A stretch of 64,000 nucleotides of DNA from Candidatus Pampinifervens sinense (GTDB lineage Bacteria; Aquificota; Aquificia; Aquificales; Aquificaceae): the NCBI GenBank assembly GCA_037927135.1, contig JAXSPP010000005.1:64001-128000 (forward strand). Reading direction: 5' to 3'. Positions 57,105-64,000 of this stretch are shown here, piece by piece. Position numbers and translations under genes: made by a program. The notes below the pieces were generated by a model that had not been told where the DNA came from, made no database searches, and saw nothing but the letters and a program-made list of their open reading frames with translations. The stretch's first letter is position 1. The number at the start of each line of letters is the position of its first letter.

Positions 57105-58938
57105 AGAGTTTGATGTGGCGGTTATAGGTGGTGGGCACGCAGGCATAGAGGCCGCTTTGGCTTCTGCCCGTATGGGTGCAAAGACGGTAATGTTCGTTTT
57201 GAACGCAGACACCATAGGCCAGATGTCTTGTAATCCGGCCATAGGTGGCATAGCAAAGGGTATAGTGGTAAGAGAAATAGATGCCCTTGGTGGAGAGATG
57301 GGCAAGGCCATAGATCATACGGGTATACAGTTCAAGATGCTAAACACAAGAAAGGGCAAGGCTGTATGGTCTCCAAGGGCTCAAGCGGACAAAAAGCTAT
57401 ACAGAGAATACATGAAAAGAGTCTGCGAAAATCAGGAAAACCTTTACATAAAACAGGATGAGGTGGTGGATATAATCGTAGAAGACAATAGGGTAGTGGC
57501 GGTAAAGACCAAGCTGGGGCTTGAATACAGGGTAAAGGCTGTGGTGGTTGCCACAGGGACCTTTTTAAACGGAGTGATATACATAGGTGATAAGACCTTT
57601 CCAGCGGGTAGGGCTTGGGAGCCACCCTCTACAGGTTTGGCCGATTTTTACAAAAGGCATGGTTTCCCCCTTGTCCGGTTTAAGACCGGCACGCCAGCAA
57701 GGCTTGACAAAAGGACCATAGACTTTTCTGTGTTAGAGCCCGCTCCGGGCGATGACCCACCACCAAAGTTCTCCTTCTGGACCGAGCCTGTCGGCACCTA
57801 TTGGTTTGAAAAGGGTAAAAAACAGGCTCTCTGTTGGATAACTTATACCACGCCAAAGACCCATGAGATCATAAGGAAGAACCTTCACAGGACTGCCCTC
57901 TATGGTGGTCTTATAAAAGGCATAGGTCCAAGGTATTGCCCTTCCATAGAGGACAAGGTGGTAAAGTTTGCGGACAAGGACAGGCACACAGTCTTTTTGG
58001 AGCCCGAAGGCTGGGACACCATAGAGATATACCCCAACGGCCTTTCCACCTCTTTGCCAGAGGAAGTTCAATGGGAGATGTACAGAAGCATACCGGGCCT
58101 GGAAAAGGTGGAGCTCATAAGGCCAGCCTATGCCATAGAGTACGATGTGGTGCCACCAACCGAGCTGTATCCTACCCTTGAGACAAAAAAGATAAGAGGA
58201 CTATTTCATGCTGGGAACCTGAATGGAACTACGGGCTATGAAGAGGCTGCAGGCCAAGGTATACTGGCTGGCATAAATGCAGCCCTAAGGGCCTTTGGAA
58301 AGGAGCCTATATACTTAAGAAGGGATGAAAGCTACATAGGCATAATGGTGGATGACCTTGTTACCAAGGGTGTGATGGAGCCCTACAGGCTCTTTACCTC
58401 AAGGTCTGAATACAGATTGCAACTGAGACAAGACAATGCCATCTTGAGGCTTGCAGAGCTTGGCTACAACCTTGGCCTTTTGAGCCACGAGCAGTATAAA
58501 CTGGTAAAAGAGTTGAAGAAAGAGATAGAGAGCTGGATAGAGTTTTATAAGAGTCAAAGGGTCTCTGTGGCCATAGGTTCAGACATAAAGAGCTATACAC
58601 CATCACAGCTTCTTACCGCAGAGTACTCCATAGAGGACCTAAGGAGCTTTGGCTTTGAAGTTCCAGAACATCCCTATGTAAAAGAAGAGGTGGAGATACA
58701 GCTAAAGTACGAACCGTACATAGAGAGGGAGAAAAAGCTAAACGAGAGATTAAAAAAGCTTGAAGACATTCCTCTGGATCCAAACCTGGACTACGATAAG
58801 ATACCCGGCCTTACCAACGAGGCAAAAGAGAAGTTAAAGAAGTTTAGGCCCCTTACGGTGGGACAAGCGGCAAGGATTGACGGCATTACACCGGCCACCA
58901 TAACGGCCATATTGGCCTACCTTGGAAAGCTGGATTAA
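57094..58938 (+). CDS. mnmG: tRNA uridine-5-carboxymethylaminomethyl modification enzyme
   Basis: GGGHAG.EAA, MSCNPAIGG, FKTGTPAR, GPRYCPSIEDK, NGTTGYEEAAGQG. Confidence 0.98.
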   Translation: MLVEEFDVAVIGGGHAGIEAALASARMGAKTVMFVLNADTIGQMSCNPAIGGIAKGIVVREIDALGGEMGKAIDHTGIQFKMLNTRKGKAVWSPRAQADKKLYREYMKRVCENQENLYIKQDEVVDIIVEDNRVVAVKTKLGLEYRVKAVVVATGTFLNGVIYIGDKTFPAGRAWEPPSTGLADFYKRHGFPLVRFKTGTPARLDKRTIDFSVLEPAPGDDPPPKFSFWTEPVGTYWFEKGKKQALCWITYTTPKTHEIIRKNLHRTALYGGLIKGIGPRYCPSIEDKVVKFADKDRHTVFLEPEGWDTIEIYPNGLSTSLPEEVQWEMYRSIPGLEKVELIRPAYAIEYDVVPPTELYPTLETKKIRGLFHAGNLNGTTGYEEAAGQGILAGINAALRAFGKEPIYLRRDESYIGIMVDDLVTKGVMEPYRLFTSRSEYRLQLRQDNAILRLAELGYNLGLLSHEQYKLVKELKKEIESWIEFYKSQRVSVAIGSDIKSYTPSQLLTAEYSIEDLRSFGFEVPEHPYVKEEVEIQLKYEPYIEREKKLNERLKKLEDIPLDPNLDYDKIPGLTNEAKEKLKKFRPLTVGQAARIDGITPATITAILAYLGKLD

Positions 58939-58948
58939 AATAGAATAC

Positions 58949-59263
58949 ATGTTTGGCTACTATGTGGTTTTGATCACCGTTCCTGTGGAGAAGGGTCAGG
59001 AGCTTGCGGAGTTTATAATCCAAAACAAGCTTGGTGCTTGTGTAAATGTGGTACCAGAGGTAAATTCTATCTACTGGTGGAAGGGCAATATAGAGAGGGA
59101 TAAAGAAGCCCTCCTTGTGGTCAAAACCTCAGCCAAAAAGTTTGAAGAGCTTTTAAAGGGTGTGAAATCTGTCCATCCATACACCGTTCCAGAGATAATA
59201 GCCCTGCCCATAGTGGCGGGTAATGAAGATTACCTTAAATGGATAGATGATTCCATAGGGTGA
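58949..59263 (+). CDS. cutA: Divalent-cation tolerance protein CutA
   Basis: ACVN, SIYWW.G.I..D.E, HPY.VPEII; start at ATG 58949. Confidence 0.92.
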   Translation: MFGYYVVLITVPVEKGQELAEFIIQNKLGACVNVVPEVNSIYWWKGNIERDKEALLVVKTSAKKFEELLKGVKSVHPYTVPEIIALPIVAGNEDYLKWIDDSIG

Positions 59264-59317
59264 AAATAGGTGAGTTCTCTCATGCATCCTTAAAGGCTTA
59301 AAAACTATAATTTTTCT

Positions 59318-60208
59318 ATGGTTTGTAAGCATGAGCATGACTTTTATACACCGGAAGGCAAGGCCCAAAGAAAGGTTCTGATAGTTCTCCTTATCACCCT
59401 TGCCACCATGTTTTTAGAGATAGTTGCGGGCTATATATTCAATTCTGTTGCTCTTTTGGCCGATGGCATACATATGGCCACTCATGTACTGGCCTTTGGT
59501 ATAGCCTATATGGCCTATTATCTTGCCAAAAAGTGGTCAAGGGAGAGGAGCTTTACCTTTGGAACCTGGAAGATTGAAGTTTTGGGAGCATATACGAGCG
59601 GTATTTTGCTCTTTTTTGTCTCCTTTTTAGTGTTACAAGAGGCTCTTTCAAAGCTTATCAAAGGAGGAGAAACAAAGTACGATGAGGCCCTTCTTGTAGC
59701 CTTTATAGGACTGGGGGTGAACCTTTTGAGTGCATACCTTTTACACGATGGACATCACCATGAGCATCCGCACCACCACGATCTTAACTTGCGTGGAGCC
59801 TATCTCCATGTGTTGGCTGATGCCCTCACTTCCCTTCTTGCCATAGGAGGCCTTCTTTCTGGAAAGCTCTTAGGCCTTTGGTTCATGGATCCAATCATGG
59901 GCTTTTTAGGCTTTTTGCTCATAGCCAAGTGGTCTATAGGCCTTGTAAGGGAGACTGCACCCATACTTTTGGATAGGGAAGGGAAGAACCCACTTGTGGA
60001 TCAGATAATAGAGGCAGTAGAAAAAGACGGTAAGAGTAGAGTTTATGATATACACCTTTTGAGGATCACTAAGAACGGATACGCCTGCATACTGGGTATA
60101 GAAACGGAAGAAGGCCTATCCGTAGAGTATTATGAGGAGATAATATCAAGGTTTGAAAACATCTTGCATGCTACTTTGGAGGTACGTATTTGTTCCCAGA
60201 AAGGGTAA
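59318..60208 (+). CDS. CDF-family metal efflux transporter (DmeF-like)
   Basis: S.ALLADG.HM.TH, His-rich loop, NLRGAYLHVLADALTS, DP.MG. Confidence 0.9.
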   Translation: MVCKHEHDFYTPEGKAQRKVLIVLLITLATMFLEIVAGYIFNSVALLADGIHMATHVLAFGIAYMAYYLAKKWSRERSFTFGTWKIEVLGAYTSGILLFFVSFLVLQEALSKLIKGGETKYDEALLVAFIGLGVNLLSAYLLHDGHHHEHPHHHDLNLRGAYLHVLADALTSLLAIGGLLSGKLLGLWFMDPIMGFLGFLLIAKWSIGLVRETAPILLDREGKNPLVDQIIEAVEKDGKSRVYDIHLLRITKNGYACILGIETEEGLSVEYYEEIISRFENILHATLEVRICSQKG

Positions 60209-60239
60209 ACAATTTTACAATTTTGTAAACAATTTGACA
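60204..60239 (+). promoter_or_regulatory. Tandem NifA-type upstream activator sites
   Basis: GGT-N10-ACA (60204-60219) and TGT-N10-ACA (60224-60239) with a shared core GTAAACAATTT, 20 bp apart. Confidence 0.65.
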
Positions 60240-60303
60240 TAACTCTGGGAGTGTACCACTCCTGTAAAGTAGTAAAATTAACTCTTAGCCAGCGTATATG
60301 TGC

Positions 60304-60319
60304 TGGCATTTTTTTTGCA
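60304..60319 (+). promoter_or_regulatory. sigma54 (-24/-12) promoter of glnB-glnA-amtB
   Basis: TGGCA-TTTTTT-TTGCA with exact GG-N10-GC spacing. Confidence 0.85.
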
Positions 60320-60327
60320 AAAATTAA

Positions 60328-60681
<354 letters not shown>

Positions 60682-60705
60682 AATCTTATAAAAGGAGGTG
60701 TGGCA

Positions 60706-62115
60706 ATGCCTAAGTATTCGCCGGAAGAGGTTTTAAGCCTCATTGAACAGGAAGGGGTCCAGTATGTGGACCTGAGGTTTTCAGACCTGTTTGGACAGTG
60801 GCAACATTTGACCATCCCAGCCTATGAGATCTCTCGTGAGACTTTTGAAGATGGAAGAGGCTTTGATGGCTCTTCCATAAGAGGTTGGCAATCAATCCAT
60901 GAGTCCGATATGCTGGCCGTTCCAGACCCTACCACCGCATTCATAGATCCTTTTATGGAGCCAAAAACACTGGTTATGATATGTGATATCTACGATCCTG
61001 TAACGAGGGAGAGGTATGGTAGGGACACACGCTATATAGCCCAAAAGGCTGAACAGTACCTAAGGCAGACGGGAATCGGTGACACAGCTTACTTTGGTCC
61101 AGAGGCAGAGTTCTTCATACTTGACTCTGTGGAGTTTGGAACGAGTGCAAATTATGCCTTCTGGAGGGTGGACTCTGAGGAAGGTTGGTGGAACAGGGAA
61201 ATTGCTTCTTCAGGATATAAGATACCACACAAGAGGGGTTACTTTCCAGTGCCACCGCTGGATAAGATGCACCAGCTGAGGAGTGAAATGGTCTCCATAA
61301 TGTCCCAGCTTGGTATTGTGGTAGAGCTCCATCACCATGAGGTGGCAACAGCTGGACAGGGTGAGATAGACATAAGGTATGACTCTTTGGTAAACCAAGC
61401 GGATAAGCTTTTTATCTACAAGTATGTGGTCCGTATGGTAGCCCACAAGCATGGAAAGTATGCCACCTTTATGCCAAAGATCCTTCCAAACGACAACGGT
61501 TGCGGTATGCACACCCACTTCTCCATATGGAAGGATGGTCAAAACCTCTTTGCGGGTTCTGAATATGCAGGTGTGTCAGAGCTTTGCCTTTACGCCATAG
61601 GTGGTATTTTAAAGCATGGTCCAGCCCTCACAGCCTTTACAAACCCAACTATAAACTCCTACCACAGGCTTGTGCCTGGCTTTGAGGCACCGGTAAGGCT
61701 TGCCTACTCTGCAAGAAACAGGTCTGCCGCCATACGTATACCCATGTATTCACCCTCTCCAAAGGCCAAAAGGATAGAGATAAGGTTCCCAGACCCCACA
61801 TGCAACCCATACCTTGCCTTTGCTGCCATACTTATGGCTGCCATAGACGGTATAGAAAACAAGATCCATCCAGGAGAACCCCTTGACAAGGACATTTACT
61901 CCTTGCCACCAGAAGAGCTAAAGGATATACCACAGCTTCCAGGATCCTTGGAGGAATCCCTCAAAGCCTTGGAAAACGACTATGAGTTCCTTTTGAAGGG
62001 TGGTGTGTTCACCGAGGAGATAATAGAGCTGTGGATAGAGTCCAAGCGTAAAGAGATAGATGAGATAAGGTTTATACCACATCCTAAGGAGTTTGAACTC
62101 TACTTTGATATCTAA
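60706..62115 (+). CDS. glnA: Glutamine synthetase type I
   Basis: FDGSSIRGW, GPEAEFF, HHEVA, FMPK...NG.GMH.H, NSY.RLVPGFEAP, RNRSA.IRIP. Confidence 0.98.
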   Translation: MPKYSPEEVLSLIEQEGVQYVDLRFSDLFGQWQHLTIPAYEISRETFEDGRGFDGSSIRGWQSIHESDMLAVPDPTTAFIDPFMEPKTLVMICDIYDPVTRERYGRDTRYIAQKAEQYLRQTGIGDTAYFGPEAEFFILDSVEFGTSANYAFWRVDSEEGWWNREIASSGYKIPHKRGYFPVPPLDKMHQLRSEMVSIMSQLGIVVELHHHEVATAGQGEIDIRYDSLVNQADKLFIYKYVVRMVAHKHGKYATFMPKILPNDNGCGMHTHFSIWKDGQNLFAGSEYAGVSELCLYAIGGILKHGPALTAFTNPTINSYHRLVPGFEAPVRLAYSARNRSAAIRIPMYSPSPKAKRIEIRFPDPTCNPYLAFAAILMAAIDGIENKIHPGEPLDKDIYSLPPEELKDIPQLPGSLEESLKALENDYEFLLKGGVFTEEIIELWIESKRKEIDEIRFIPHPKEFELYFDI

Positions 62116-62133
62116 TTAAGTTAATAAAAGCAT

Positions 62134-62157
62134 GCCCGGCCCACTTAGGAGCCGGGC
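62134..62157 (+). other. Intergenic GC hairpin between glnA and amtB
   Basis: GCCCGGC-N10-GCCGGGC directly before the amtB RBS; no U-tract on the + strand. Confidence 0.55.
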
Positions 62158-62173
62158 TAAAGGAGGAGGTAAA

Positions 62174-63448
62174 ATGCGTCGCGTGTGGAGTATTATACCA
62201 CTACTTTTGGTAAGTTTGTCTTTTGCTCAGGATCAGACTCCAAAGCTTGATACGGGTGATACGGCCTGGATGATAGTGGCCACAGCCCTTGTTATGCTTA
62301 TGACCCTTCCGGGCCTTGCCATGTTCTACGGTGGCATGGCAAAAAGGAAGGACACTTTAAACACCATAGCCATGTCCTTTGTGGCATATTGCATAGCCTC
62401 TGTAATCTGGATCGTCTATGGCTATACTCTGGCTTTTAACACAGACATAGGTGGTATTATAGGAAGTCCATCTAAGATCTTTCTAAACGGTGTGGAGGTC
62501 AAAAGCCTTCAAGGAACCATACCGGAGTTCATCTTTGTAGTCTTCCAGCTTACTTTTGCAGCCATAACGGTGGCCCTTGTGAGTGGCTCTTACATAGAGA
62601 GGATGAAGTTTTCCGCATGGGTTTTGTTCGTTATTCTGTGGGTGAGCTTGGTCTATGTTCCCATAGCCCACTGGGTATGGGGTGGTGGCTTTCTTATGAA
62701 GCTTGGAGCCCTTGACTTTGCAGGTGGAACGGTGGTGCATATAAACGCTGGTATTGCTGGCCTTGTGGGTGCTTTGTTCTTGGGCAGGCGAAAAGAGGCT
62801 ACCCTTGTGCCCAATAACCTCCCTCTTGTGGTAATAGGCGCTGGTCTTTTGTGGTTTGGATGGTTTGGCTTTAATGCGGGTTCTGCTTTGGGTGCCAATG
62901 GGCTTGCCTCTGCAGCTTTTATAAACACCAACACAGCTGCGGCCATGGCAGCCCTCTCTTGGATGTTTACAGAGTGGATCTACTCAAAAAAGCCTACACT
63001 TTTGGGTTTAGCTTCTGGTGCCGTTGCTGGCCTTGTGGCCATCACACCAGCGGCCGGCTTTGTAGACATAAAGGGAAGCCTTATAATAGGCCTTCTTGCT
63101 GGCATAATACCCTTCTTTGCGGTGGCATACCTCAAACCAAAGCTTGGTTATGATGATGCCCTTGATGCCTTTGGCATTCACGGCGTGGCAGGAATCCTTG
63201 GAGCCATACTTACTGGCATTTTTGCCAACCCAGCTATAAACGAAGCTGGGAAGGGCCTCCTCTATGGAAATCCCTCCCAGCTACTCATACAGCTCATAGC
63301 GGTAGGTGTAACCATTGTCTATGTGGCCATAGCTACAGCCATCATCCTATTCATCATAAAGGCCCTAGTAGGTCTGAGGGTAGAACAAGATAGCGAAGTG
63401 TTTGGTCTTGATGAGAGCCAGCATGGAGAAAAGGCTTACAACCTGTAA
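62174..63448 (+). CDS. amtB: Ammonium transporter
   Basis: [45 protein letters not shown]; start at ATG 62174 after AGGAGG. Confidence 0.97.
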   Translation: MRRVWSIIPLLLVSLSFAQDQTPKLDTGDTAWMIVATALVMLMTLPGLAMFYGGMAKRKDTLNTIAMSFVAYCIASVIWIVYGYTLAFNTDIGGIIGSPSKIFLNGVEVKSLQGTIPEFIFVVFQLTFAAITVALVSGSYIERMKFSAWVLFVILWVSLVYVPIAHWVWGGGFLMKLGALDFAGGTVVHINAGIAGLVGALFLGRRKEATLVPNNLPLVVIGAGLLWFGWFGFNAGSALGANGLASAAFINTNTAAAMAALSWMFTEWIYSKKPTLLGLASGAVAGLVAITPAAGFVDIKGSLIIGLLAGIIPFFAVAYLKPKLGYDDALDAFGIHGVAGILGAILTGIFANPAINEAGKGLLYGNPSQLLIQLIAVGVTIVYVAIATAIILFIIKALVGLRVEQDSEVFGLDESQHGEKAYNL

Positions 63449-63458
63449 GGAGAAAGCC

Positions 63459-64000
63459 ATGAGGGTACTAATCGTAAAAAATGCACCTATTGAGGGGCCA
63501 GGCACCATAGAGGAGTTCTTAAGAGAAAACAAGGCAAGCTACAAAATAGTGGAGGCTGGCCTTGGAGAAGAGATACCACCCCTTGAGGGCTATGACTACT
63601 TGGTGGTTCTTGGTGGGCCTATGGGTGTTTATGAGATGGACAAATATCCCTTCCTTAAAAAGGTGACCTTGGCCATGGAGGATGCCCTAAAAAGGGGTAT
63701 TAAGGTTCTTGGCATATGTCTTGGAGCCCAGCTCTTTGCCCATGTGCTTGGCTCTAGAGTATATCCGGGAAAGGCCAAGGAAATAGGATGGTGTGAAATT
63801 GAGGCAACGCCCGAAGGCATGAAGGATGATGTCTTTAAAACTCTATTTGACCCATCGGGAAAGGCCATGGTCTTCCAATGGCATGGGGACACCTACGACC
63901 TTCCCTCTGGAGCTATAAGGCTTGCCTCTTCAGGCCTTTTCCAAGAGCAGGCCTTCAGATATGAAGATTCCTTTGCCTTGCAATTTCATATAGAGGTAAC
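63459..64000 (+). CDS. Type 1 glutamine amidotransferase, truncated by window end (not in ORF track)
   Basis: MRVLIVKNAPIEGPG...VVLGGPMGVYE...LGICLGAQL...EIGW...FQWHGDT...ALQFHIEV. Confidence 0.9.
   Translation, partial: MRVLIVKNAPIEGPGTIEEFLRENKASYKIVEAGLGEEIPPLEGYDYLVVLGGPMGVYEMDKYPFLKKVTLAMEDALKRGIKVLGICLGAQLFAHVLGSRVYPGKAKEIGWCEIEATPEGMKDDVFKTLFDPSGKAMVFQWHGDTYDLPSGAIRLASSGLFQEQAFRYEDSFALQFHIEV

Overview
This 64 kb window is a gene-dense chromosomal segment from an Aquificaceae-type thermophile (Hydrogenobacter/Thermocrinis-like). The assignment is inferred from a split LeuRS beta subunit, a stand-alone atpA, the forDABGEF 2-oxoglutarate:ferredoxin oxidoreductase cluster and an Aquifex-type sHdr-LbpA sulfur-oxidation cluster. 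Most of the window is housekeeping or energy metabolism: purN, trpD, mqnA, trehalose genes, a selenocysteine-containing selD, leuA, miaB, ahcY, aroC, smpB, sbtAB, feoAB, secA, thrC, mnmG, glnB-glnA-amtB, tRNA-Ser(TGA) and tRNA-Leu(TAA). The most striking feature is a TnpB/Cas12f-like RuvC nuclease gene in a 1546-bp transposase-less element (11207-12752). The element has terminal inverted repeats and a perfect 10-bp target-site duplication, which are DDE-transposon signatures and not those of IS200/IS605 or IS607. Two further copies of the family lie in the window. One is an orphan 97-bp right end (47512-47608) whose hairpins covary with the first copy, as expected for an omegaRNA scaffold. The other is a decayed, internally deleted tnpB relic (about 56169-56382). 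All three sit directly against a TGTCA|AG motif that is the reverse complement of a real sigma70 -35 box. Together this suggests a promoter-targeting, TIR-bounded mobile element carrying an RNA-guided nuclease. All calls come from reading the sequence; no database searches were run, so novelty is unverified.
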